Below the pieces are notes generated by a model. That model saw only the letters and a program-made list of their open reading frames with translations. It had not been told where the DNA came from and made no database searches. A stretch of DNA of 12,088 bases from a virus (Monodnaviria > Loebvirae > Hofneiviricota > Faserviricetes > Tubulavirales > Inoviridae), in IMG/VR virus record IMGVR_UViG_2529292720_000001; one strand, 5' to 3'. The position numbers and the translations under genes are program-made. Below are positions 1 to 8,772 of the stretch, piece by piece (position 1 is the first letter of the stretch; the number at the start of each line of letters is the position of its first letter).

Positions 1-1455
1 TTATTGATTCGACTCATATGCACTCCATTCATCGCATACATGGGAAAAGGTTGATTTCAGGGCTTCGTTATCAATCACAATTCGCTGAAGATTGGCCGTA
101 TTAGCCTGCTGAGATAGAAATCTTTTAGCGTAAAGATCAGGCATATGGCTATTGTGACTCCAACCGCCAAGTAGCCGTAATTCATCCTTGGCTTCATCCA
201 TCAATCCAACGATAGAAAAGTCTATGGCTGCCAAGTGTGAGTTGGCCTTAATTTTTTGAAGTTTATCACGATAAATACGTTGAAGTGTTAAATAAGCCCA
301 AGTATGCCGCGTTATATGAGGCGAGATGCTTTCAATGGCATCATAATATTCATCTTTTTTATATTCAGGATACTGCACACTCATAATGTCATCAATACGG
401 GTAAAGATATCATAGACTGCATGGTATGACAGTGGCGGATGTAGTCTTTGGGTGGAAGTGAACAGAAAACTATGGGAGGCTTGAGGGCGGATTTTATGGA
501 TATATATATTTAGAAAATGAAAGTCCAGTTTATCTAATGCCAGCACCCGGTTTGCATAAACATTTTTTAATGAAGGCAATCTTTTTCGTTGATCCGAAAC
601 GTCGTCATCTACTGTGGTCACAATCAGGCTGAACTGATCCCCTCGGAGATTTGGTTTGATCGAATGACACTCCAAAAGCAGTAATTCACTGACACGCAAT
701 CCGTAATTTAAAAGCAATCTGCAAATCAGAAAATTACGTAGCTGGATTTCACCAGCGGGGAAGGGATTGAGTGGGTTTTTCTTTGAAATTGAACCGGGTG
801 TAATGATTTGGTAAAAAGCCATGACCATCTCAGCAGTCAGACTTCGAAAGCGTTTATGGGTCGTGCCATTGTTCATCTGACGAGAATGGGTAAGAGTACG
901 GAATTCTGCCTTATGTATCGATAAACGTCCCGTTAACTGCGTGGCAAGTCGTGTAAGCTCTTTAGGCGTGCCATCTATATATCTCGGCGAGATATACGTG
1001 TTAATCAAATATCTGATAAAACGAATAACCGAATGTACATGCCTGATATTTGTACAACGTTGAGGCGTGGTCTGCGTAGTAGACCTTATGGTTAACGCTG
1101 GTACATATAAATGCGTATTTTCCAGATAATGAAAAAAGGCTGTAAGTTCATCAATGGCAATCAATGGATTGTGGTTCGAGGAATAGAAACTGAAGCAAAA
1201 AGTCACACCATGTTTCTGGTGCCAGAATTCATAGAAAAACTTGAGCGCTTGAAGTGAAGCGGATTGCGTGGCTGATGAACGCAAAGCAAGATGGTCGATA
1301 AGATATATTAACGGATATAAAAGCGGCTGGCGCGTGTGAGTATCCATCAGTGCCCATAAACGCTGCCGTTGGTTGATATTGAGTTGTGTAAGTATGAACA
1401 CGCGGCACTTAACCTTATCAATGGTGTGGATATGAACAAAGTAACCGACAAACAT
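1..1455 (-). CDS. tyrosine recombinase / phage-type integrase (large, ~484-488 aa), start uncertain
   Basis: Long minus-strand ORF ending with TAA at 1-3. The translation carries the tyrosine-recombinase catalytic signature in canonical order: box I Arg (NYGLRVSELLLL), box II H-x-x-R-H (SPHITRHTWAY), then LGGWSHNSHMPDLYAKRF with the putative nucleophile Tyr. The ORF-track start at 1467 is a TTG; the first ATG is at 1453-1455 with GCAGGA 4 nt upstream; another in-frame ATG lies at 1345-1347. The gene lies outside the dif-bounded prophage. Confidence 0.7.
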   Translation of the reverse strand: MFVGYFVHIHTIDKVKCRVFILTQLNINQRQRLWALMDTHTRQPLLYPLIYLIDHLALRSSATQSASLQALKFFYEFWHQKHGVTFCFSFYSSNHNPLIAIDELTAFFHYLENTHLYVPALTIRSTTQTTPQRCTNIRHVHSVIRFIRYLINTYISPRYIDGTPKELTRLATQLTGRLSIHKAEFRTLTHSRQMNNGTTHKRFRSLTAEMVMAFYQIITPGSISKKNPLNPFPAGEIQLRNFLICRLLLNYGLRVSELLLLECHSIKPNLRGDQFSLIVTTVDDDVSDQRKRLPSLKNVYANRVLALDKLDFHFLNIYIHKIRPQASHSFLFTSTQRLHPPLSYHAVYDIFTRIDDIMSVQYPEYKKDEYYDAIESISPHITRHTWAYLTLQRIYRDKLQKIKANSHLAAIDFSIVGLMDEAKDELRLLGGWSHNSHMPDLYAKRFLSQQANTANLQRIVIDNEALKSTFSHVCDEWSAYESNQ

Positions 1456-1546
1456 AACGTCCTGCAAGAAGAAGATAGAGGGGTAGGTAAGTGTATGATT
1501 AATCGTATCCTGTGGCCGGTTATGAACTAAATGACCGACGGACTAA

Positions 1547-1574
1547 ATTTAACATAATATACATTATGCGCACC
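1547..1574 (-). other. dif: chromosomal dif site (XerC/XerD recombination site), exact 28-bp consensus
   Basis: The plus strand reads ATTTAACATAATATACATTATGCGCACC; its reverse complement is GGTGCGCATAA-TGTATA-TTATGTTAAAT, i.e. XerC arm, 6-bp central region and XerD arm of E. coli dif as I recall it, with no mismatch. Confidence 0.9.
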
Positions 1575-1785
1575 AATGGTAAGGATGGCAGAAACTGGTT
1601 GGAATCGTTGACACTGGGCGTCGACTGGTTACTATCGGCAATGATTCAAAATCATCCGTTTCTCCAAACGAATCAGAATCGAATGTCTGTCAACAGTAAG
1701 TGAACAAGCCTAACCTCATGACCTCACCAATCAGGCCTGTTCATCATCGTTACTAAGCAATGAATTACAGAAGGCATGAGCATTT

Positions 1786-2031
1786 ATGGACTTATCATAT
1801 CTAGCTGAAATGACGATATCAGAGGAAACACAGTTCTTGACTGTTTTTGAGCAGCAACTAGAACATGATGTCGGTGAAGCAGCCCGAGCCTGTCTTCTTC
1901 GTGGCGTCCCTATTTATTACGCTGAAAAAAATACGCCAGAAGGATGTGTCATTAAAGAGTATCCCGATGGTCGCAAGAAGCTGGTTAGTTTTATGACTGG
2001 CACTGAAAAAGTAGTTAAGATTAAAGTCTGA
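1786..2031 (+). CDS. hypothetical small acidic protein (81 aa)
   Basis: ORF-track ORF with ATG start. The Shine-Dalgarno is weak (AAGG about 11 nt upstream). The protein has no TM segment and no motif I recognise. It lies just inside the left att end of the prophage, convergent with the 82-aa ORF. Confidence 0.35.
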   Translation: MDLSYLAEMTISEETQFLTVFEQQLEHDVGEAARACLLRGVPIYYAEKNTPEGCVIKEYPDGRKKLVSFMTGTEKVVKIKV

Positions 2032-2181
2032 TACTTCCCTAGCCGCGCCGCAATTAACTCCAAAGAAAAATAGAGTACTGTTGCGGCTTGGCCAACGCCA
2101 GACAGCAACAAAAACAAGTTTTGTTACTGCCCGGCGTTTACGATAATTCCGTCAGCATGGAGTTTTAGCGGCTAAAAATGT

Positions 2182-2430
2182 TCACCACCACCATGCAAAC
2201 GGCTTGTTGCTGACCGGAAATGCGATGCCGTCAGCGTCACGACCACGTACAACCTGATTGAGAAGCTTTCTGACTTCACGGCGCTCTGGCCGGGTCATCA
2301 TCATATTGCGATACCAGGACGGCGATTTATCAAACCATCTGGCACAACTGGCAAAATGTGAACCTACACGACGATAAGACTTAAGGCGGCCACTGGGAAG
2401 TCGGTCACGCGCCTTATTTTTTACAGACAT
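2182..2430 (-). CDS. hypothetical small basic protein (82 aa, Arg/Lys-rich, C-terminal WWW)
   Basis: Minus-strand ORF with a good SD (AGAGGA, 6-nt spacer, ATG at 2430), located 88 nt downstream of the secretin gene in the same orientation. It is strongly basic (many R/K), consistent with a nucleic-acid-binding protein. Local GC looks higher than the rest of the prophage (eyeball estimate about 52%). Confidence 0.5.
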   Translation of the reverse strand: MSVKNKARDRLPSGRLKSYRRVGSHFASCARWFDKSPSWYRNMMMTRPERREVRKLLNQVVRGRDADGIAFPVSNKPFAWWW

Positions 2431-2518
2431 AATAAATCCTCTAAGTAACTGAATACCTAGAAGATGTCGTACTGTTCATACCCCATTAAAGTTAACGCCA
2501 TAATAAAAATCCATACAA

Positions 2519-3763
2519 TCAGTTCAGGTTGTCCCGGAACAGTTCACCGCTCCTCGCGGCGCTGCGGGGCGTCGCCCTGCTCCGGTCAACCTTTCTGACC
2601 TGAAGCATCACCATAATATCAGTCTTGTTGCTTTCACTGGTACGGGAACCGAAGACGCTCCAGCCGGAACTGGCCTTACTGTCTTTCTGTTCAGCAAGGC
2701 CACCAAGCAAAATAATATCACCATCTGCAAGGCTGACTTCGGTTGTTACATCACGCTTGATAAGGGTTGGCGAGTTATTGACGCCGGTTTCAGTGGTCAC
2801 AAAGTTGGAAAGCTGCTGCTGAATCTTGAGATCCATTGTCCGACTTTTGATTGATGGCGTCACGTTAAATAAAACACCGCTGGAACGATATTCAACGGAT
2901 TGCGTGGTCGTATTGTTATTCACCGTAACACTGCCCAGTACTGGCACATCAGAGCCGACTGAAAAAGACGCTGAGGCATTATTTTTTACCCGTAGTCGTG
3001 GCGCACTGACAACAGTAAAACGACTGTCGGTTTTCAGCAGATTGAAAATGGCATCAATGGAGCCGGTTCGAATATTGATAAAATTATCCAGTCCGGCAGC
3101 ACCTACTGAAATATTGAATTTATCAGACAAGATTTTAGCCGCTAAAAGAATACCGGAGCCGTCAGACTGCGAGGTCTGAACCTCAAAAACATAACCAGAA
3201 ACAACCACTTCATCACTCATCGTATCCAGCGAAGTGACCAGTGTTTTCAGGATGGCGATGTCCTCTTTCGTACCATAATAAACCAGAATATCACCGGTTC
3301 GATTGATGTAGTTGCTTGCCCCTGATGAACCTTTTAGCGAATCGTCAGAAATCACGGCTCCACTGTTATTGAAGGAGCCTGAAACGTAGCCGCCAAGAAT
3401 ATCAGACAGGTAGGCAACAGAACGGTACTGAGGCGTATAAGTCCATGTATAACGTGGCTTAACCGGCTCTTTCGGCGTATAGGGCGCGATAAAATCAACA
3501 CCCTTTTTCGTCCATATTCGAATGTTCATATTGCCAAGATAACGGGTTACAAATTCCCGTTCATCAATATCAGGTGTTAACCTGAATGTAATCATTCGTT
3601 CATCATTAACAAGCTGTGGATCTAGCATATACGGGACTTTAAGCACCTCACTATAAATAAGAGAAATAGCCTCCGGTAGCTTGACTTTATTTAATTCAAG
3701 CTCTGACCCTGCGAAAGCACATGAAGAAAATAGTAGCGTTAATGCGAGTAAAATCTTTTTCAT
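2519..3763 (-). CDS. filamentous phage pIV-like secretin (outer membrane export channel)
   Basis: 414 aa with an N-terminal signal peptide (MKKILLALTLLFSSCAFAG). The C-terminal half has the secretin-domain character (VVSAPRLRVKNNASASFSVGSDVPV...GGLAEQKDSK). Its ATG overlaps the stop of the upstream Zot-like gene (TAATG at 3761-3765), and it occupies the last position of the morphogenesis operon as gene IV does in Ff phages. Confidence 0.85.
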   Translation of the reverse strand: MKKILLALTLLFSSCAFAGSELELNKVKLPEAISLIYSEVLKVPYMLDPQLVNDERMITFRLTPDIDEREFVTRYLGNMNIRIWTKKGVDFIAPYTPKEPVKPRYTWTYTPQYRSVAYLSDILGGYVSGSFNNSGAVISDDSLKGSSGASNYINRTGDILVYYGTKEDIAILKTLVTSLDTMSDEVVVSGYVFEVQTSQSDGSGILLAAKILSDKFNISVGAAGLDNFINIRTGSIDAIFNLLKTDSRFTVVSAPRLRVKNNASASFSVGSDVPVLGSVTVNNNTTTQSVEYRSSGVLFNVTPSIKSRTMDLKIQQQLSNFVTTETGVNNSPTLIKRDVTTEVSLADGDIILLGGLAEQKDSKASSGWSVFGSRTSESNKTDIMVMLQVRKVDRSRATPRSAARSGELFRDNLN

Positions 3764-4788
3764 TATTTTTTCCCCGTATAAAGCGTCACACGCTCACCAT
3801 CAATAATTCCGCTCATCAACATCCCTTTATAATTAAAACTGGATGCAGGAACGGCACGCAAAACACCGGCACCGTTAACAAGAATCACAAACGCCCTGCC
3901 TTCACTGGTCATTCTCCCTGATATACGCCACTCGGTTGAAAGTGACGGTTCAGCTGGTTCTGAGGGAGTATCTGGTGCAGGAGTAGCAGCGGAAGAACGA
4001 AACATGGCCGCATCACGTACATCTGTTGTAGCCAAATCTGGCGAGGGATCGCTTCGGCCAAACGTGCTGAAAAATGAGTAAATCAGCCAGCCTGACCCGA
4101 TAAACATCAATGGAAAAAGCACAAGAAAGAACCTGACTTTGCCAGAATTCCAGATGCTCTGGCGTTTATCTGTCTGCTTTTCATTACCGTTATTTCCTTC
4201 ATAGCTTTTATAAAGTTCAAAAATATCAGGGTTATATTTATTGCGATAACTGGTGACGAGGTTGCTTTTATAGATTTTGTGGCCTGAATATACGTCAATG
4301 CAGTAATGATTATTCAGGCCCAACGCTTTCAGCTTGCGCATCCGGTAAGTTGTTTCTATTTTGTCTTTCAGAAAGCGAGCAATATTAGAAAGTGACTGAT
4401 TTACAATAACCAAATCACAGCTAATACCCGTTTCAGGGTGCGTAAAATGACGATGTTCAGCAATAAATGATTTCTTCTCAGCCGTCATATCCTTATCGCT
4501 ACCGAAGATTCGCCATGCTTCATCAATAACAATTAAATCACCAAACTGGCAAAAGCTCCCTTCCCCACCTTTAAAAGGAAAGAAATCTGCTTTAAGTACA
4601 TCATCATTATCCACAACAATAATTTCTCCCGTTGCATCAGGATAACGTTCGGTGATTTTATCTTTTTGTAAACCATAAATGTTCGTCACAACTCTCCGGC
4701 CGCTGGTAAATGCAGGAATAATGACATTGCAAACGGCTTCATAACTTTTTCCTGAGCCGGGTATGCCAATATATGCAGAAATAGCCAT
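3763..4788 (-). CDS. Zot-like / pI-like phage assembly ATPase
   Basis: 341 aa with an N-terminal Walker A motif (MAISAYIGIPGSGKSYEAV), comparable to the M13 pI N-terminus (GKLGSGKT), and a Walker B-like LIVIDEAW. A central TM segment (FFLVLFPLMFIGSGWLIYSFF) is followed by a Pro/Ser/Thr-rich C-terminal region. It sits between the pVI-like gene and the secretin gene. Confidence 0.9.
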   Translation of the reverse strand: MAISAYIGIPGSGKSYEAVCNVIIPAFTSGRRVVTNIYGLQKDKITERYPDATGEIIVVDNDDVLKADFFPFKGGEGSFCQFGDLIVIDEAWRIFGSDKDMTAEKKSFIAEHRHFTHPETGISCDLVIVNQSLSNIARFLKDKIETTYRMRKLKALGLNNHYCIDVYSGHKIYKSNLVTSYRNKYNPDIFELYKSYEGNNGNEKQTDKRQSIWNSGKVRFFLVLFPLMFIGSGWLIYSFFSTFGRSDPSPDLATTDVRDAAMFRSSAATPAPDTPSEPAEPSLSTEWRISGRMTSEGRAFVILVNGAGVLRAVPASSFNYKGMLMSGIIDGERVTLYTGKK

Positions 4789-4791
4789 AAC

Positions 4792-5079
4792 TCACCCTAT
4801 AACAGGAATACGTCGAATAATAAAACGAGTAGCCATTGAGGAGATAATCATACTAATCCCCTGTGGTAATTTACTCAGGTTAATGAAGTACCAGAATCCG
4901 TCTGATAAATTGGCAAACAGCGATGAGAGATTGCTTGAATCTGGCAGTAACTCAACAAGGATTTCAACGAAGCCCTGGACTACAAAATACAGCGCAAAGA
5001 ATACGAAGAATTTAATAATCAATGACCGGAATACAAAACCTAACAAAGTATTTAATGCACTAATCAGAATCCCAAACAT
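4792..5079 (-). CDS. pVI-like minor coat protein (small hydrophobic virion protein)
   Basis: 95 aa, very hydrophobic with multiple TM-like segments, placed between the pIII-like gene and the pI gene with 3-nt and 12-nt gaps. This position and size class match gene VI of Ff phages. Confidence 0.6.
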   Translation of the reverse strand: MFGILISALNTLLGFVFRSLIIKFFVFFALYFVVQGFVEILVELLPDSSNLSSLFANLSDGFWYFINLSKLPQGISMIISSMATRFIIRRIPVIG

Positions 5080-5091
5080 AGTTGCACTCCT

Positions 5092-6804
5092 TTAGGCACT
5101 CAGAATAATACGGAGCGCAACAAATCCCCATATAATCAGAAATATGGTTTCTACGGCGCTTCTGTTCTGCTCAATTAACGGACAATGGGAGTCAATTCTG
5201 TACTGGTGATTAAACACGCTGAATTCAACAACGGGGCAGGATGCTGAACGAGAGCCGATGTTAAATTCGTTTGTAAAAGGCAACAAGTTAATAATTGGCG
5301 TTAAAATATCTCTTGCCGTTGGCGTTTCTTCAAGCTCAGGCTCTTTTACACCGGGATCTTCTCCCAAATCTATATTGCCATTATTTCCAGTGTCAGATCC
5401 TGAGTTGTTATTAATGGTAATATCAATATTGACGTCAGCCCCTGCACTGTCAGATACAGGTGAAAGCATATCTAATAACGTTGGAGATAGCCTAAGTTCC
5501 GACATCGCAGAAGTTACTTCAGCCGGTGAAACCTCTTTAAACGGTAAGCCGTTATAATCGGCATTAACGGCAGCTTCAGACCACAGCTCGTTAATCATGT
5601 CGGCAAGAAGTGCTGGCGATACACTAACACTATCAAGATACTCCAGATAATCAATCATGGACTCAATATTTCCGGCCTCCAGTACTTCCGTCATGGCTTT
5701 ATATTTGGTATTGGTCCAGATAGTAAGCTCACTCTTTTCATCAATATCTTTTGCGGTGTAATCCTCTTTTTCAGGAACGGCGCAAATCGTCGAATATCCA
5801 CCATTTGACTGATTAGTCGTTTTACAAGGCGTGTTGTGATACTGATATTGCTTTCCTGCTGTTAAATAAGCAACGCTGTAATACATGGGAAGCCCTGCTA
5901 CATTTTCATACATGGGAATACCTGCGGGAAATGAAGATGCGGCCGGGTTGCTATACAAGTGTGTAATCTCAGGTATTTCATAAAATGAGGAAGGATAAGT
6001 AAACTTATAATTCTGTTCAGTAAAGGATACATCTCCATTACTGTTGACAACTTTATTCGTCACAGTGCGTTCAAAATTCGTTAGTGTTTCAGTATAAGTA
6101 CGCGAGTTATAGTCATTAAGATAATTTCTGGCAATTTCAGTTGGATTATCACCATAGTAATAAATTAGCTCTTTCGAATCCTGATAATAATAAAGCGCAT
6201 TATCTGGCGTGGAATATCCTGTTTCAACACCTACAACTGGAGAACCCGCATCCACATTATTACGACTAACATGAAGGATTACCGGACTTAATTCCTGTGG
6301 TTCAAAATTAACGGTTATCGTCTTACTTTCACCACTTTGACCACTGTACGTTACTTCATATAAATTATCGGAAATCTTTTTACCGTTAGTCATTACCATT
6401 ACCGAGCCGTCAGATGAACTCAAAGAAGACGGAACAAAAGATGATACAGCAGCAGCAATACCCGCCCACGTTGCAACACCGCTCATTTTGTATGATGAGG
6501 CAGCAGGCAAGTATTCGGCAGCATTAGCCGCAGCGCGGCCAACAAAAACACGGGTTGCTGTAAGCTGTGATGCCGTATAAATCGCATCATTGGCAGCAAA
6601 GCGACGAACAAGCACCCGGCCAACGACTTTAGGAATAACAGCCCGCGCAGCCACTGCTGCAATTGCTGGTACAAATGAATATGAATATCGGGGAAAGGAA
6701 ACCCAGAGAAAGGAAAAAATAAAGGAATAAACCGTCAGCCTCTTAGCCCAAGAATAACGACATAAGCTGAGACGATCCCCCATAAAAGGGAACCCAATTT
6801 CCAT
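5092..6804 (-). CDS. pIII-like adsorption / minor coat protein (start uncertain)
   Basis: 570-aa ORF directly after the major coat gene and its terminator. It has a Gly/Asn/Ser/Asp-rich linker (NNNSGSDTGNNGNIDLGEDPG) and a C-terminal hydrophobic anchor (AVETIFLIIWGFVALRIILSA), as pIII has. There is an SD (GGAG, 8-nt spacer) before the ATG at 6804. The first ~110 aa are Ala/Val-rich and atypical, so the true start or N-terminal domain organisation is uncertain. Confidence 0.7.
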   Translation of the reverse strand: MEIGFPFMGDRLSLCRYSWAKRLTVYSFIFSFLWVSFPRYSYSFVPAIAAVAARAVIPKVVGRVLVRRFAANDAIYTASQLTATRVFVGRAAANAAEYLPAASSYKMSGVATWAGIAAAVSSFVPSSLSSSDGSVMVMTNGKKISDNLYEVTYSGQSGESKTITVNFEPQELSPVILHVSRNNVDAGSPVVGVETGYSTPDNALYYYQDSKELIYYYGDNPTEIARNYLNDYNSRTYTETLTNFERTVTNKVVNSNGDVSFTEQNYKFTYPSSFYEIPEITHLYSNPAASSFPAGIPMYENVAGLPMYYSVAYLTAGKQYQYHNTPCKTTNQSNGGYSTICAVPEKEDYTAKDIDEKSELTIWTNTKYKAMTEVLEAGNIESMIDYLEYLDSVSVSPALLADMINELWSEAAVNADYNGLPFKEVSPAEVTSAMSELRLSPTLLDMLSPVSDSAGADVNIDITINNNSGSDTGNNGNIDLGEDPGVKEPELEETPTARDILTPIINLLPFTNEFNIGSRSASCPVVEFSVFNHQYRIDSHCPLIEQNRSAVETIFLIIWGFVALRIILSA

Positions 6805-6827
6805 AATTCAATCTCCATAATAACCTC

Positions 6828-6855
6828 AAGTAAAACGGGCGATATTGCATCGCCC
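6828..6855 (-). terminator. intrinsic terminator after the major coat protein gene
   Basis: On the minus strand a 7-bp GC-rich stem (GGGCGAT/ATCGCCC, plus 6837-6855) with a 5-nt loop is followed by GUUUUA. It lies 14 nt downstream of the coat gene stop, analogous to the terminator after gene VIII in Ff phages. Confidence 0.55.
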
Positions 6856-6868
6856 ATGAATAATGAAT

Positions 6869-7102
6869 TTATGCGGATTTAACGGTACGCAATACCCAGC
6901 GAACGCCAGCGACACCGGCATAAAGTGTTACCAGTGAAGCAGCAACGGCCATAATCGCAACCAGAACTGTACTGAAATCAATGCTGTTCGTCAGCGGCGA
7001 TAAATCAACACCACTTGATGCCGCTCCTTCTGCAGCGAAAGTCGCGCCAGAAACAGCCATTAATGCAGGTACAGCCAGAAAACTAACGATTTTTTTAAAC
7101 AT
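6869..7102 (-). CDS. major coat protein (pVIII-like)
   Basis: 77 aa. Signal peptide MFKKIVSFLAVPALMAVSGATFA with an A-x-A cleavage site; the predicted mature protein begins AEGAASSG (M13 mature pVIII begins AEGDDP). It has an amphipathic N-terminus, a hydrophobic helix and a basic C-terminus (RWVLRTVKSA). SD is GGAG with an 8-nt spacer. Confidence 0.85.
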   Translation of the reverse strand: MFKKIVSFLAVPALMAVSGATFAAEGAASSGVDLSPLTNSIDFSTVLVAIMAVAASLVTLYAGVAGVRWVLRTVKSA

Positions 7103-7136
7103 AACTCTATCTCCATTACATTTTAAAGGTTCGCAT

Positions 7137-7388
7137 TCAAGCAGTACGAACCATCTTTATTACCTGTCCCACACCTACAGAAAAAAGCCAGAGCAGCAGG
7201 ACAGAGCCAAAACCTAATGTCCAGTAATTTCCTATTGCAGAATAATCAATTTGATGAAATGGTTCAGAACGTACCATTATTGCCTGACATTCTTTTGCAT
7301 TGTTCGCATTACATAAATAACCTTCAATACGGTAACCATTTTCAGGAATATGATTATCAAACTGAATATCGAAACCTGATGTATCCAT
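7137..7388 (-). CDS. small membrane protein in the pVII/pIX position (possible minor coat protein)
   Basis: 83-aa ORF tightly packed between the ssb-like and major coat genes (2-nt gap upstream), with a C-terminal hydrophobic segment (WTLGFGSVLLLWLFSVGVGQVI). It is larger than Ff pVII/pIX, and an internal Met start is possible. Confidence 0.45.
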   Translation of the reverse strand: MDTSGFDIQFDNHIPENGYRIEGYLCNANNAKECQAIMVRSEPFHQIDYSAIGNYWTLGFGSVLLLWLFSVGVGQVIKMVRTA

Positions 7389-7390
7389 AA

Positions 7391-7708
7391 TCAGCCTTTT
7401 ATTTCAGTAATGCCGCCATCTGATGAAATGTTATAAGTTACTCCTTCCCTCCCCTCCATTGACCAGACGCGAACATATACAGGTATCTGGACTAACTTAC
7501 CGATAAAATTATTTGCCTGATTCATTACACCGGCATTAACAAGAGCCTGAGATACACGAATAATAATCTGGTCTTGCTTAGTGCCACCAAAACCATCAGG
7601 AATCTCTAAGCCAACACCAATTTCATTATAGTATCCCTGACCATTGACCTTATTACGCTGGCGAGCACCAAGCATTTTACCTTTTACAAAAAGACCATAA
7701 TTAGACAT
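7391..7708 (-). CDS. ssDNA-binding protein (pV-like), putative
   Basis: 105-aa ORF immediately downstream of rep with a strong SD (AAGGAGAG, ATG at 7708). Position and size fit gene V; no sequence motif I can name with certainty. Confidence 0.5.
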   Translation of the reverse strand: MSNYGLFVKGKMLGARQRNKVNGQGYYNEIGVGLEIPDGFGGTKQDQIIIRVSQALVNAGVMNQANNFIGKLVQIPVYVRVWSMEGREGVTYNISSDGGITEIKG

Positions 7709-7719
7709 ATCACTCTCCT

Positions 7720-8772
7720 TTAATGCCAGTTACTGGCATGTGAAATACGGTTATAATCGAAAATTAAACCTTTCTCATAAACCCATGATGGAATTTTGGC
7801 TGGTTTGGCTTCAAGAGTACGAACCAACGGAACAACGTTATTAGAATCCGGTGACTCACAATAAAAGTTAATATCTATTCCGAAAGAAAGTAATTCTTTA
7901 CGGTGTCGGTAGAATGTAGGTTTCGGTAACATCTCTTTCATGTTCGCGCCCTGCTTCCACAATAAATATGTAGACTGTATTTTTCTTGGGAGATTAATTA
8001 TTTTTTCATCAGTTAATATGGTATTTTGATTCATTTCTATTCTCCCTACATAGTCAGAGAATAATTTATTGGGCGTCTCAATATTCCAGCTATTACCAAG
8101 CGTAAGATTCAAATCAATTAATTCAGTTGTTCTTAATGTTAATTCAATGCGTAATTTATCTTTTGACCAGTCCAGTAAACCAGCTTTAACGAATTCGTCT
8201 GCCATCTGGTGCCCTTTTTTGCCAGATGTATGCTCATCATATTTTGAATAAAATTTCAGGCTCCAACGACGGGAGTTTTTCCCTAAGTAAACAGTGCCAC
8301 CTTTACCACAGGCGCGACCGTGGCGAGTTTTAGCTTTAAATTCTGCGGCATATAGCCATGCGCGGACATTTTCTAATGTTGACAATGAATACATATAGTT
8401 GATATCAATACGCGAGATCTTAAATTGCCCTGCCATTACCTGTCGATAGGATGAAAGATCATGAGGAATATGCAGTAATGCCAATATTCTGGCATAAGCT
8501 GTTAATACTAACCCTTGCAAATCATCGGAACCGATAACAGAGTGACCTTGCAAAAACTTTGACGGATTGCCGTCAATATAGAGATGTGTTGCCCGACCTT
8601 CGCCATCAGATCCAACAGATCTTACTTTCATAGTGGATTCATACGAACCGCGAACAGTCAACCGTTTTACTGTTTCCCACTCCACTGCACCGTCAGCATC
8701 AACGCTGACGACACTACCAGCCGGTAATGGTCGGTGTATGCAAGGTAGGATCCCGGTAAACCAGTCAATCAT
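7720..8772 (-). CDS. rolling-circle replication initiation protein (pII / RstA-like, phage CRI family)
   Basis: 350 aa with the N-terminal MIDWFTG motif typical of filamentous-phage replication initiators. SD is GAGG with a 6-nt spacer. It is the first gene of the minus-strand operon and is divergent from the HTH repressor, as rstA/rstR are in CTXphi-like phages. Confidence 0.8.
   Translation of the reverse strand: MIDWFTGILPCIHRPLPAGSVVSVDADGAVEWETVKRLTVRGSYESTMKVRSVGSDGEGRATHLYIDGNPSKFLQGHSVIGSDDLQGLVLTAYARILALLHIPHDLSSYRQVMAGQFKISRIDINYMYSLSTLENVRAWLYAAEFKAKTRHGRACGKGGTVYLGKNSRRWSLKFYSKYDEHTSGKKGHQMADEFVKAGLLDWSKDKLRIELTLRTTELIDLNLTLGNSWNIETPNKLFSDYVGRIEMNQNTILTDEKIINLPRKIQSTYLLWKQGANMKEMLPKPTFYRHRKELLSFGIDINFYCESPDSNNVVPLVRTLEAKPAKIPSWVYEKGLIFDYNRISHASNWH

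Noticed and set aside
1467-1467. TTG start of the recombinase ORF as given in the ORF track
   Set aside because: No SD precedes it; the ATG at 1455 is more plausible, though the start remains unresolved.
1512-1703. Plus-strand 63-aa ORF spanning the dif site
   Set aside because: It covers the dif recombination site, has no convincing RBS, and its product has no recognisable features.
1917-2117. Minus-strand 66-aa ORF overlapping the 3' end of the 81-aa ORF
   Set aside because: No RBS; the intergenic placement is better explained as a convergent terminator region.
2160-2176. Palindrome TTTTAGC-G-GCTAAAA just downstream of the 82-aa ORF
   Set aside because: The stem is AT-rich with a minimal loop and is not followed by a U-tract, so it is not supportable as a terminator; it may be a protein-binding site, but there is no further evidence.
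2625-3179. Plus-strand ORFs (65 aa and 117 aa) inside the secretin gene
   Set aside because: Antisense to a confidently called gene; low-complexity translations.
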